DNA of 63,594 nucleotides, the filler included, from Intoshia linei (lineage: Eukaryota > Animalia > Orthonectida), in NCBI GenBank assembly GCA_001642005.1. It is 4 parts of 4 records of this genome, joined end to end, with 100 filler letters (N's around TTAATTAATTAA, not from the genome) between each part and the next. Parts side by side here need not be neighbours in the genome. Positions count along the whole stretch, not along the records: positions 1 to 20,698 come from LWCA01000675.1; 3 more parts are not named here. The stretch is one strand, 5' to 3'. The notes beneath the pieces were generated by a model, which saw only the letters and a program-made list of their open reading frames with translations, was not told the origin of the DNA and ran no database searches. Below are positions 1 through 13,800 of this stretch, one piece after another. The stretch's first letter is position 1. Each line of letters begins with the position of its first letter. The position numbers and the translations under genes are program-made.

Positions 1-450
1 TACTAAAATGCTATTTTGACCGTGAAGTCGTCACTTATTCGGATTGAAATTTTTGATGTGTGTTAACATTGTACAACTCTACCACCTGTAAATTTATTGA
101 AATTCTAGGGCTGTTTAAAAAAAGGAAGGGAATTTGGGGTTTTTGCCATTAAAATATAATTTTTTTAAATTTAAATTTATGATAATGTTTATGATTTTAA
201 AATCCGCATCAGCGTATATATTTTTTTAAACTCTCCAACTCGTTTAATTTTCAAAAAGAGGGACAACAGGGGTTTTTGACCCTTAAGATGTGAAATTGGG
301 AGTTTGAAATATATCTTAATATACGTCCCGAAAAAAACTGTAATTGAAATGTGGTTTTTAAAAAATTCTAAGAGTGGTAGTTATTTAAATAAAGTTGAAC
401 ACACAGACACACACAAACAAAAATCGCGTCGCATTTTATATAAGTTAGGA
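1..450 (-). mobile_element. Non-autonomous Helitron-like element, 5' module (runs off the window start)
   Basis: Similar to 27790-28246 and to the reverse complement of ~14329-14720. The minus strand begins a|TCCTAACTTATATAAAAT followed by a GT microsatellite, a typical Helitron 5' end. Confidence 0.7.
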
Positions 451-1151
451 TTTTTAATATTTATTACAGTTTCTAGATATTGCTTATCCCAAAGTCTAGA
501 GTCTAGACGGCCGCTAACTTATTATTTCAAAAATCTTACTTTTATCCCACCATTAATAAAATTTAATAAAAAATATCATTTTTAGAAGCCTCATGGAAAA
601 TTTTTTTTGAAAAATCCCATTTTACGAAACCGTTTGAAAAAAATCCACTTAAACAAACCACAAAATAAAAAATCTAATTTTACCAACCCTTAAATTAAAA
701 ATACCCTTTTTTAAATATTTTTTTGAAAAACACGATTTTACCAAATCTTATAAGAAAAACCTCTTATTCCAACCCCAAAATAAAATTGACATAATTATCA
801 AAGCTTGAGGGAAATATCCTCTTTTTCCAATATAATTTTGAAAAATCCGATTATACTCAATCTTATGAGCAACAATTCCCTAATCCAAAATAAAAAATTA
901 AATTTACCGACGCTCAATAAAAAAATCGTCATTTTCCAATATTTTTTTGAAAAACATGATTTTACTAAATCTTATGATAAAAAACCTTAAATTTTTTCAA
1001 CAATGTTTTATATTTCATGTTTCCCTTAGGGTCCAAAAAAATAAATATTTTGAAATGGGAATCCGTACACTATTTGAACCGGGAACTACTACATTAAAAC
1101 AGAAAAAATGAAAATATTTTGATTTTCATTCCACTTAACTTATACTTGTAG

Positions 1152-1251
1152 GTTTAATTATCAACCATTATTATCATCATCAATCAAGAAGAAATTAAAA
1201 TGTTTTACGTATCTAAACTTTAAAACTTTAACCGAAAAAGCTTCAGTATAA
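1152..1251 (+). CDS. Possible terminal exon of an unidentified plus-strand gene
   Basis: cttgtAG acceptor, then an open frame FNYQPLLSSSIKKKLKCFTYLNFKTLTEKASV-TAA. No family recognised. Confidence 0.25.
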
Positions 1252-1682
1252 TTATGATGCTACTTATGTATAGTTAAGTTAAAATTTAACGGAATTTTTC
1301 TACTGCAGAAAAATTCAATCCTTTAATCAGGAATTTTTTCCGTTAAATAGGAATTAGCCTGTACTACACTAATGCATGTCAAGGTTTTCAGCATGGGCCA
1401 TGTGAGGTCACACAAATTTACTTTTAAAAAACTTCCATCTTGAATGATTACGTATGTTTTATTATAATAAATCGACAACCTTTTATTAATTTCTTTTATA
1501 CAAAATGGTCGGAAAAATTAAAATTTTATTACATTAATAAATGGTTTTCATTGTCTCTAATTATAATAAAGGTTTATAAAATTTTAGTAAAAATTGATTT
1601 GCACACATCAGGCAGAGTTTAAAATAATGTAAAACTGGAATTTAATTAATATTTGCAATTTATTAATAGAACCGCAAATCTC

Positions 1683-4600
1683 TTAATTAAAAATTTTGAC
1701 ATTATCACCAATTTTCTTGGGTAAAATGTAAATACAATTTAAAAATGGTAAAATACCTTAAATATTTTTTGAGACTTTACAAGAATATCTGAAAAATGAT
1801 TCATAGATTCGGCGTTAAATTTATTATGAGATAAATCCAATGAAACCAAATTATTAAATTTTTCCGTCTGTAAATGAGACGCAATACCTTTCATTGAATC
1901 AAAATTAAATAAATTTCCGTTGAATGATAAAGATTTGATAAATATAGAACTATTAAAACTAGACAGAATACAATCCAGCTGACTTGGGGGTAAATGAAGT
2001 TCATTAAAATCAAAACACCCATCAACATTGTCTTGTTCAAGTATGGTAATGACATTTTTGTAGGTGGGCAATTTTAAACTTTTACAATAATTTTGATAAT
2101 TTAAGGATAAATTTGCATCATTTGAAAAACTTTCGATAGTTTTACAAGGCACATCAGTATAAGATTCTTTGACATCAAGATTAAAATCTTGGGATATAAA
2201 ACTAGAACTTATGTCAAAATTTGTTGTCCAAGTTAATTTTTCGTCTTTTGACCACGTCAAAATCTTACATATTAAAATGTCGTTATCCTGAATAACATCA
2301 ACGAGTAAGTCATTTGGTATCAGGATGGCAAAATCACTAGTCATCAAATGTATTTTTTCTGGGTATACTAAATCGTTTACGACCATTTTATATCTTGAAA
2401 TTACCTGATTAATCAACCAGTCTACTTTCTTATTGTCAAATTCATTTATAGGTATTAATATCGTGTCATCTTGTACACGAACTTTTATTTTCATATTTGA
2501 TTTGAGTGGTTTAATACCTTCTTTGGAATGAGAAAAATAGTTTGTCGGGTAGATTGGTAAATTTTGATTCCATTTTGCATTTTCGTTATTAGATAAACAT
2601 GGCCGTGTCGGCAAAATTGGTTGAATCGGAGTAATTCTACTTTGTGCTTTCTTGTTTGGAGTTTTGCCTGTCATTTGATCGAAAGTATTTTCATTTTTAT
2701 TAATAATCTCATTAGCATATAATACCTTAGCTTGTTTTTTTTCAGGACTATCAAATGATATAGAATCACATGAATTTGAACTGGAATCTACACCTGAAAT
2801 AGTTTTTGCTTTTTTAGGGTAATTACACATTCCGGCATTTAAAACATCACCACAATTGTCCGACACTAACCATTCGTCAACTACTTCATTTGGTAGTAAA
2901 TGACTGGAATGACGTAGTTTTACAGTTTGTTTGATGTTTATTGGTTTTTTTTGATTTCTCAAAGATTCAATAGTATTGATGTAATCCTTTTTCCCAAATT
3001 TATAATCATTACCTTTATCTAGATTTTTTAAAATTAATTTATCATTCTCACTTTGACGTGAACAAACTTTAGAAATCGTTGAAGTGTCTCTTACACATCC
3101 TTCCACATTATAATTGTTCGATTTACGTGCACCGTATCTATCATTCCCTGCTACAATCCATGCCATATAATTTTCAGTGTGTCTAATTTCATCAATTTCA
3201 TTTTTAGATAAATCATTAGATCTTTTACGAAAATCAACGAGTTGGTTATACGGAGTTCCACCTTCACTGAGTATTTTTAAAGAAGCTCCTTTCATAATTA
3301 ATAAATTTACTGTTTTTATACTTCCTGCCGCACAAGCGTCGTGCAAAGGAGTTATACACCCGTTGCCACCCATGATGTCTACATCAGCTCCTTTTTCGAT
3401 TAGATACTTGGCAATTTCAACGTAATCAAAATTTGCAGCTTCGTGAAGTGGTGTCCAACCGTTGTGATCTTTGACGTTGACAGGGTGACCCTAAAAAAAT
3501 TAAGTACTATAATATAAAATAAAATAAGTAAGCCATATAGGATATACACGAAAGGTTACTCTCAAACAAACGTTTTTCTCCGATAAATAATATCGCGTTC
3601 AAAAATAAAATTTTTAAACGGTTATAAGACAGATTCTCCGTTTCTAGAAAAAAATTTAATCAAATAGGTAAGAAACTATGAGAAAAATGTATTATTTAAG
3701 ACTGTGAATCATTAAAGACATAATAGTCTGTGACATTATTTATCGTATTTACAATAATTGCAAGTATTGTTATGATGATATCATTTATCTTTTAAGTAAA
3801 AAATAAAAACAACGCGTCCCAGACAAATCAATTAAAGGAAACGTTTGACTTGACCTAAAAATGAGCTTGTTTACTTGCAGACATTCAAATCAATAGCGTT
3901 AAATTTTATTAATCAAATATAATTGATAAAAAAAAATATCTACACCTAAAAATACTTATAGTGCACTTGATGCACTCTTGAACATTGTTACTTTCATACA
4001 TGAAAGACAAAGGGATTGGCTTAAAATTTGATTAAGTTTTAATTTTTTAGACTATAATATTTTTGTGGTTAAAAATGTATCATTGATATATTATTATAAT
4101 TTTGATTTATCTCTCGTGTATCGTGTCGTAAAATTTTTTCATATCTCACATTTAAAGATATCTGATACATATATTTTTTTTACTTTTATAAAGTCATTTA
4201 TGAGGTTTGACAAAAAATTTTTTTCATAATACATAATAATATGTACTTTTTAATTTATTGAACTTTGAAATGATTTAAATTTTAAATTAAAAATCATAAA
4301 AATAAATATTACACTTTCAACCAAGGATTTGACCCTGTTAAAATTATTTTTGATTGTTGCAACATGCAACGAAGTTTCTCCTTTTTCGTTGCGTTTAACG
4401 TTGAATTTGCTACCAATTGAATTTTTAGCATGCCTTCTTAAATTTTTGGAACAATTGAAATTGGCTGATCTAATCTCTTCATTGGAACTATTAGAACAAC
4501 TGTCTTCTAAATTTGGTGAATGTAATTTTATGTAAAATATTTATAAGCCAATTTCAATTAATTTATATTATTGTTAATAATTATGTACTTATAATTTTTA

Positions 4601-7600
4601 GGACAAGCTTTTCATGCTGCGAAAAGCTAACAAATATTTTAAATAAAATTACAAAGATATCGCAATTTGGAAACGATTACACAAAAACATGGTTTATCAA
4701 CCGAGGTTGCGGCCGCTAAGGGGTCGCATAAATTCTTAGGGGGCCGCGAGAAATTGTAATTATTTAATATGAAAGCAGTCATGGATTATATATTCAAGCC
4801 TTTATTTGATCTTTTAATCCTAAATTAAAGTGCTATTTAAATAATTTCATCGTATTCGTGGATTTTGAAATTAATCGATGACATGGATGCAGCCAGATCC
4901 AAAATATCATACTTGACCCCAAAAATAAAAAATAATCCTAGTAACTTTTTCGTAAATGATGCGTAATGCCATATTTCCCAATTCACCTCTCCTCGGATCT
5001 AGACTTGACATTTTAAATTTAACTCACAAAATAATTGATACATAGTTAGATAGTCACAAATATATTCTTCTAAATACTAATTTTGTAGAATGAGTCTACA
5101 TTTTACAAAAATTTCCCTTAACAGAGAAATCTGAATAAATTAAATAAATTGTTAATAAATGCAATTATAAATTTAATTGGATTTGAAATTCCCCAGGCAA
5201 TCACAATCACTAATTAGAATCAGTTAAGTCTCGTGATATTTTTAGTTGTTCGTAATAGTGTTAGGGAGGGGCCGCGAAATGCAAAAGGTTGAGAGCCACT
5301 ACATTATGAGATATACTAGATGTCGGTAATTAACAAGACTCTCCCAAAATCATACAATATGTAAATATAAACAAATGAAGGCGAACTATTTTCACTGGAA
5401 GTATCAATGAAATTGAATCGTTTTCACCCATAATAAATGAAAAAAAAGTAACCATTATAAAATTGAAAAACAAAAAATCCCGATATCATGTCTTTATTGC
5501 AAGAAATTTTCAACCTTTCAGAAATTAAAAAAAAGATTTTCTAATTAATTTATTTTTCACGTTGTTTACATGGTCCTATAGCCTGCTACTTCGCCATCAT
5601 GTGTATAAATTAAATTACCATCTAATGACGACAGCTTAAAGGAATCTTCAGATTCATTTGAATTGCTACATTTTTCATTATCACTAATTTCTTTTATACA
5701 TTCAGGCACTGAATCAAGACAATATTGTTGAACAATGTTATTAATAACTTTTAAGTTTTCACCATTAAAATAATTGGAATTATTCATTAATTTTAGAAAT
5801 TTTTGATTGAGCAAATGTAAATATTTTGTATCAGTTTTAGACGCCCATTCGAAACAAGATTTCATCAACTGTATTGCGATGTCAGTTTTTTTATCTAGTA
5901 AACTACATTCTATGCAATTTAGATAGGTGTAGTATTTCTATATAAAAAATTTATTTAAATATACACTGACCTCTCTAGTTCACCAATGATGGGACTTGGC
6001 ATAATTTCTGACGAAATAAAAAAAATTATAAACAGAAAATTAAGTGATATTGGATAAAAAAATTATGCCTGATTACAGGGTCGTGGAGAGCCAGCAGTAG
6101 GCCATATAAAAAATAGGACCTCTATTCATTGTTTAATCGATCGTTCATTAACTAAAAATTAAAAGAACCATTGAAAATCGCATAGAACATTTTATTATAC
6201 GATAATTTTGGTATACTTAAGAAATTTTCCAACATTACCTATTAATAAATTAAAAACAGTAGGCCCTCATCATTGTAGACCCAAGCCATATGTCCCTTAG
6301 CCCCTCTACATGGTCCTGTCTGGTCCCTTATTAATAAAATAATTTTTTTTTAAAAATGGCTACCGATGTCGATGATTAGTGAATGATAGAGAAATTACCT
6401 TTTACAATATTTAAAATAGGGTGACTCAGAGATATACAAAGTACAAGAAATTTTACCTTATCGTTGGAAATTTCCATATTTAACATTTTTTGATAAAATT
6501 TTAATGCAGCGGCATAATTTTTGATAGATTCATAAGTAAATGCTACACTTTCTGTAGAAATGGAAATTTGATAATTTTTTAAATTTCCTTTCTCAGCAAT
6601 ATCCATCATTTTGGAGTAATAAAAAACGGCAATTTTATACAAACCCAAAGATTCCAATTCATCCGCAATTTTTTCATATTTTTTATACAAAATATTGCTT
6701 TCATTATAATTTAATTGTTTTTTAAAATCAACATCAATAAATTTGTACTCTTTACAAATTTTAGAAACTTTTCTTAAAACGTCAAATACTTCTTGAACAT
6801 TATCAATTTTATTATATCTATAATACAATTTTTTCAAAATTTTACGAGCTATATTAAATTTATTTTTGTAAAGTAAAATCTAAACATTTAAAAGTAAATT
6901 AATAATTATTAATATATCTTGATAATCAAAAAATTACACTAGCCCTAGTAATATCCAAAGTTATCCTTTTTGAAGAATTTTCAGGATATTTTTGCACAAT
7001 TTTAATTGATTCATTTGTCTTAGATAATGCTTCGTCATATTTTTCTTGATTTATTAGTAAATTAATTTGCAATGTCAAAACTCGAAATGCGTCTTCCCTT
7101 AAATTCCAACTTCTAAAATATTAAATCATTACAAATATTAAACCGACAACGGATACCTGCAAATTTCAAAATTTTGTGCGGCCCACTTGCAATGATATCA
7201 ATATTTTCAAATAAAAAATTAATTAATAAAATGTTCACTTAGATTCTAAGTGAACATAAATATGAAAATATTGGTAAAAGCGGTTTTTTCCTTATGAGTT
7301 GCAAAATAAGGTTTTTTCTTTTGGGATCAGATAGAGAAATTTTTATCTTAAGAGTTGGTAAAATTTTGGTTTTTTCTCATAAGATTTTACTAAATTGAAT
7401 ATAATATGCTAAAAATTTATAACTCCTATCATATAAAATTATTCACCCCTAGGAGTGACAGTCACCCCATGAGAAGCACTGGTGTATTTGATAAAATTTA
7501 ATTTAGAAAGGTGCGGCCTTATTAAATTTTTGGGACGTTAATACAGCCTTCCGACAGTAAATGCTTGCCCATCACTGACTTAGAATATCATTTTGTAGCA

Positions 7601-10005
7601 ATGTGGTCCGCAAAAGTAAATTTGTAATAAATTTATGAATATTTTTTAAATAAACTTGGCCATATTATAAGCGTCATCAAAGCATTTTATCGCTTTTTCC
7701 GTATCCGACCTTTCATTGTGAATCAAACCTAATTTTTGAACAATAAATTTATATAAATAAGAATTATGGCTATACGTTATTTTTGTATAACTAGTGAGTT
7801 TAACAGTGTTCGCCACAGAGAGAAACACTGAATTTTGAAATTGTTTTCAAAAACTAGATATTAAAAATATTGACATGTGGATGGGCTGTATAATACCATC
7901 CATACATTTAATATTTGAAATGTACCTAAAATCATAAAATTTAGTTTCATTCTAATAGTCTCTAAATAATCATCGTATATCATTATGTATCTTTAATGAT
8001 GCATAATCGACAATGGCAAAAACACTTTCAAAGAAATATTCAAAATATTTTACTCCTCCAAGGGTCCCGCTGAAAATAAGTTTTGCGACCACTGACACAT
8101 GCCAAGAATTATAATTATAATCCCCGAACTTAAAATAGAAAAGTTACCTAAATTTTGATAAAATCTACTCATCATTTGATTAAATTCAATTTGATTAATT
8201 TCGTCATTTTGTCGTAAAATTTGGCACAGTTTAAAACTTTTCTGGTGGTATTTCTCCGATAAATTTAAAAAATTTTCCAAAGGAACTTTATCTCGTAAAT
8301 ACAACGAAATTTCTCTATTTGTAATGTCTAAATTTAATAATAAAGGATGGTAACAAAATAAATTTGAATAAATTAGGCCTCATACGAATTTAAATTTCGA
8401 CGAGAAAAGTCTATAAAATCTCTTTTTTTTTTTAAATGAGTGGCCTCATCAAAGTATATATAAAGTCGGTGGGATCAAGCCGCAACTACCAATTTCGAGG
8501 CCACAAAAAAATGTATCAAACTATGTGTAGAACCTAACCATCTATCAAAGAGTCTAGGGTACGGTATGTTTGTTACTTGATGCGGTAATCTCATACCAAA
8601 TGTTTCTCCCAACTTATACAGTCTATTCTCTTTAATTTAAAATACATAATATTAAAATTTTTCAATTCACTTTGTACAGTCCGACCCCGCTTTGTGGCAA
8701 ACCTCGCTGTGAAGCATACTCGTGTTTTGGGGCACTTTTTCAGAATTATGTTAATTTTATAGTATTTACATCGATGGCATAGCAATATATGTGAAATTAA
8801 CCCCGCTTTTGTAGCAAAAATGATGTAAATATATAAGTAAAATTCTTATAGTGATGACATTAAATTAAAATTATATTTATTTAAATATTTTACATACAAT
8901 TTCATATGTATTTATCATAATTCATTAATTTTTCATTCATGCCTATATTTTAATATCTGATAACTTATTAATTACTATTCTAGATTAGAAAGTAAATATA
9001 ATATTAAAAATTAAGTATATATTAGGTGATTCACAAAGTTATCTCGTTTTTATTGATATAATTGATTAGAAACACTATATCACCGATAAGATTTCAGTTG
9101 TTTCGAAATATAAAATATTGTCACGTTACGTTAATTGGTAAAATTCAAATTTCATAACATGGTATTAACCAATTATGAATTAACATTTATACAAATAAAG
9201 TGCACACATTTTATATGTTCAAAATTTGAACCTAGATGTAAACAATTTAACTGAAATATGTGAATAATTATTTAATTTTAATATATCTAACAATATTTAA
9301 TACCAAATTACAAGGGGAACTAGCTCACATGGTAGAGTGCTCCGTTAGCACCGGAGAGGTACCGGGATCAATGCCCGGGTTCTCCATTTTTTTTATTTAA
9401 AATTAAATTAATATTTTCAAGATACTGTCGTCGAAACAAAATCAGGAAATAATTTACACACTAGCTACCCTAAAAGGATTCAAAAAATTTTTCCAAAATT
9501 ATGAATTTTATAAAACATTCATTTCAGTCATCTGTCTAAAAATTTTCAATAAAGATAGATACATAAATCAAATTTGATTTAAAAATTTAAATAATTCGTC
9601 ATTCGTCACAGATCAATGATTTTATCGAACATATAATATTTATATATACCAAAAAAGACATACACATATCCCAATAAACATTTCCCAAGCAAACCAACGC
9701 TCTTTGTTGTTCTAGTTGATTTTTAGCTTTAATAGAAATACTATAATATTTTTTCAAATGTGGTACTGCATCATAAGGTCTATCTAAATTGATAAGTGTT
9801 TCGCCAATACGCCGACAGGCTATTGCGCGTTCTAACTGATAAGATTCATCTAGTTTATCGCACAACATTAATTCTTCTGTGTGCTCTTCTAAAGCTTCCT
9901 CATGTCGATTCAACTTACTCAATAGAGATCCAATTACATTACAAGTATTTGCAGCTTCCTTGAAATTTTTTTTAATTACATGCATTTTTTTATCTTTGTT
10001 TAAAA
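1683..10005 (-). CDS. TONSL: Tonsoku-like protein (TPR - ankyrin - ubiquitin-like - LRR), multi-exon; first exon and exact 3' end uncertain
   Basis: Exon ~9664-10005 EAANTCNVIGSLL...AIACRRIGE...EQQRALVCLG matches the TONSL N-terminal TPRs. Exons 4313-4506 and 1757-3490 splice to RNEKGETSLH...GHPVNVKDHNGWTPLHEAAN...GCITPLHDAC (ankyrin repeats), MKIKVRVQDDTILIPI (UBL) and LSFNGN/LDLSHN (LRRs). Junctions are canonical GT-AG. Confidence 0.93.
9314..9386 (+). tRNA. tRNA-Ala(AGC), in a TONSL intron on the opposite strand
   Basis: Acceptor stem GGGGAAC/GTTCTCC with G3:U70; anticodon arm CTCCG-TT-AGC-AC-CGGAG; T arm CCGGG-ATCAATG-CCCGG; discriminator A. Confidence 0.95.
9387..9394 (+). terminator. 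RNA polymerase III oligo-T terminator
   Basis: Run of 8 T directly after the tRNA. Confidence 0.75.
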
Positions 10006-10848
10006 CTAAATGGTATAACTAAATATTTAAAAACATAAATCCAAAATAATAATACATGTATACAAAATGTATTACAATTAATAATTTTAAACAGACAATA
10101 CAATTTTCATTTCAATGTTTCAATGTATAAGCAGAATTTCAAATATCACAAAATTTTGTAGTGATATTACATAATAATAATCATTAATTTTAGAATTAAA
10201 AAAAAAATTTAAGTTTTATTTAAATTTAGTTAAGTTCCAATACGTTATAAGTTAACTTATCATAAGTCTTATAACGTCATGTCTAAAATCTTTAATCACG
10301 GTTAATGGGTCATAAGATGTACATAAAGTTGAGATACGACCCATAGGAAATAGATAGTATATTTGATCATTTACGTGTATAAAGAAATAAAAATATTTGA
10401 AATAATAAACCTTCCAAATTTTTATTTATTTTTCTAAGATTCATTATTGATCAAACCAATCAAGTTAAATAATAATATATGTATCGATTCGAATAATTAA
10501 TTGTATAAAATAAAATCGCGCGATCATTTTAAAAATTATTGGCATGACAATAATTATAATCTTAAATTGAGGTTCAATTTATTTACATGCCATATTTATT
10601 TTTTTTTATATCTAAAATGCCTGTTATATTTTATTATATTCAGATTTCAGAGTTTAAAAATTAAAGGAAAATGAATTTTAACCATCGAAAATACTACATT
10701 GCAGTGTAAAAAATTAAAAACCCATAAATGCATAAATCTAAGATATCATACAATTCAGTTTGGATGGTTTTACTACTCTCTAATTCATTAAATTTTTAAA
10801 TATTCCACGCATCATTGCATCCATAATAAAGTTAAAAAAGTGATAATC

Positions 10849-13800
10849 ATGTTAAAAAAGATTGTCGCACAAATTGATACTTTTTTCCAAGCATTTAACT
10901 TAATATTAGTGGTATTTATATGTTCATAATTGTTACTACAGAGTCCACCGATGGTCAGTCTACGGAGATAGTGAATCGTGGAATTTTTAATTTACACATT
11001 AATGAGAATCTAAACATTTACAAAATTTTCATATAATTAATTGATTCATATTTTTGACCCATTCAAAATCAAACATGAATTTATTTTATAAATTTTAGAT
11101 AATTTCGTTTTCTTTGACAGTATTGCTAATAATAATAACAACGAGAAGGAGATTTTTAATTGATGCTACCATTTCCACAGTGTTTACAATTGGATTTGTT
11201 CTTACGTTTTTATTTTTGCTGTCTGTATTTGTAATATCTATATGCGGTTATGCTTTAAAAAAAACCAAAATTAATCTAACCATTGTAATTTTGAATGTGA
11301 AAGTATGTAGTTACTTAATCACTGCATTACCAAGTTGTAAGGATGTTTTTGTTGTTGAAATTTAAATTACTTTTTTTATTTGTTAATTGAATTGTCTTAA
11401 TTGTATGATATTGATATTGATTAGCAGTAATTCATATACAAACCTGGTAAGTGCATTTATTTCCAATTTATTTAAAGATTTAAGTACACATACATTAAAT
11501 ATTGAAAATGTGTATATATTAATTTTAATTTTAATCTTTTTAGTACATAATTGTCAACTCGGTATTGTTTTTGTTTTTGCTTGGCATATGTATTATTTGC
11601 AACGTTTATTATATTCAGGTAAAAAATTATTTTTTCTACTTAAATTATTTTAAATCTTATACGTAGATTAATGATTTGGCCGTTGAAAAATTACAAGATT
11701 CAATTAAATTGTATTATGGAATAAATTTCGAAAATAGATACAATCGATATGTTACGAGAATAATTGATGAAATGCAATACAGAGTAATTTTTGTATAATA
11801 CAATAGAATACAGTTTATGGGGATGGGAAGGTTTTTAAGGGAATGGTTTTGTAATGTGTATGAACAAATAGTCTTAGAAATTAAAAAAACATAATTTCAA
11901 AGTTAATTCTAAGAAAATTGCACTGTCACTGTCAAAACGCAAATTAATCATCATTTAAAAAATTTAAAAAAAATAAAAACATAAATAAACGATCATAGAA
12001 TTTTATTTACCCAGCAAATCGTTTTTTCCAGTTAATTTATATTAAAAATTCAATTTCAGAAATTGTTAATCAAAAGAAATTTTATTATGTATTTTTTCCG
12101 CCTCTGCAAAGTTAACTAGTTACTGTATAAAGTATTTTAAAAAAAATCTATATTCTATAAAACATTTTAGTTACATTGTTGTGGTGCTAGAAGTGAAGGA
12201 GGTTGGATGGACTATCGTGAAAGCAAATGGTTTAAATATTATGGAGCTAATGATAATAATTTGTATATAAATAGACCTTACAGAAGTAATTTATTTAACA
12301 AGATATTCAGTGGGCGAACATTCAGTTGAGCGATATTCATCTGGAAGATGTATTGTGAGAGCAGGGGTGCACAACGTGCGGGCTTGAGAGCCTTTATGTG
12401 CGGCCGTGGGCAATACATCTGATCATAATGGAATATATCATTTTACTTCAAATTGAAAAGTTAAAAGTGTGATTTTATTCAAGGTCTATTTAAAATATTT
12501 TAATCAAAAAGTTACATTCTTGACTTTTCCCCAGTTTCTCAAATGTTAGCGAAGAGCACACAAAATCAAGGCAGTCATTGATATTTTTTTTTAACTATTA
12601 TAACTATTAACTTTTATTTTATTAATATTTACATATTTTTTTTATGACTTCCACTCTAATGTATCAACAAATCGGTTTTTAATGGAACATTTTTCGGTGG
12701 TCCAATTATTATTAATTATTTACCGAAAAATTAATGATTAATGTTTTTTCAAAAAAATATTAGTAAAAGGAGATTTTTCAAATTTTTTTAAAATCAGGTT
12801 TTTTCTTATGAAATCAGTCAGAAGAATTATTGATCTAAAAATTTGGTAAAATGGGATTTTTCATAAAAATATTGGTAAAAGAGATTTTTTCCTTAAGGGT
12901 TGGTAAAAGTTTGGTTTTTTCTCATAAGATTATATTAAATTGGATGATTCAATGAAATATGTTGAAAATTGTATATTAGCCTACAATCATATAAATTTTC
13001 GTATTCACCCCTTGGGGTGACCAGTCACCCCCATGAGAAGCACTGCATTAATTCTACTATTGTTATTTATTCCGATTCAGATAAATGACAAATGTGGTGT
13101 TAATTTATACGAGTGAATTAAAGATTTATTTAATTGAAAATTATTAATTAAAACTTGCTGATATTTAAATTTAAAGAAAACTATTTTATAAGACCTAAAA
13201 TTTAGGCCCAGAGTAAACTTTCTCAATGTCGAAGTAAATTTTGTGCGGCCGTTATATCAATGAGAAAATTAGTATTGTGGATGAAGTTGTGGAAAGGTTG
13301 TGCACCCCTGTGTTAGAGCGACATAATCATATTATTAATTTTTTTACCAAATTTTTAAGATTATGAAGATTATTTTTCGACCATAATTTTATGTGCTTTG
13401 TTAAGGGAATATTTTTAACATTTCAAGGTATCTTCAAAATCTTTAAAAAATGGGTAAAAAAAATCCCCTTAAAAACCCAAATTTTGGACACAAAATTATC
13501 TTGAAATTCTTTAAAAATTAGGTGAAAAAATTTTCCCTAAAGCAACCCACCAAAAATTTCTTTAAAAAATCAATTTTAAATTGTAAATTGTAAATTTACA
13601 AATTATAAAAAATTTATATAATTAAGTAAATGAGTCTATTGGTCATTGAAACATACATATGTTATATATATTCATAACCACTGACTTAGTAGTTTGAAAT
13701 AATTTGAATATTTAGTTGATGAAAATTATGTTTATGTGCCATCAACCTGTTGCAGTATTGATCCACTTTTTCGTTATATTGATAAAAAAATGTGTCAAAC

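Noticed and set aside
304-990. ORFs 304-585 and 805-990, and similar short AT-rich ORFs (14499, 35524, 35980, 50346, 54362, 55699)
   Set aside because: They lie in Helitron, MITE or minisatellite sequence and show low-complexity F/I/K/N composition.
3177-4535. Plus-strand ORFs 3177-3425 and 4329-4535
   Set aside because: Antisense shadows of the TONSL ankyrin exons.
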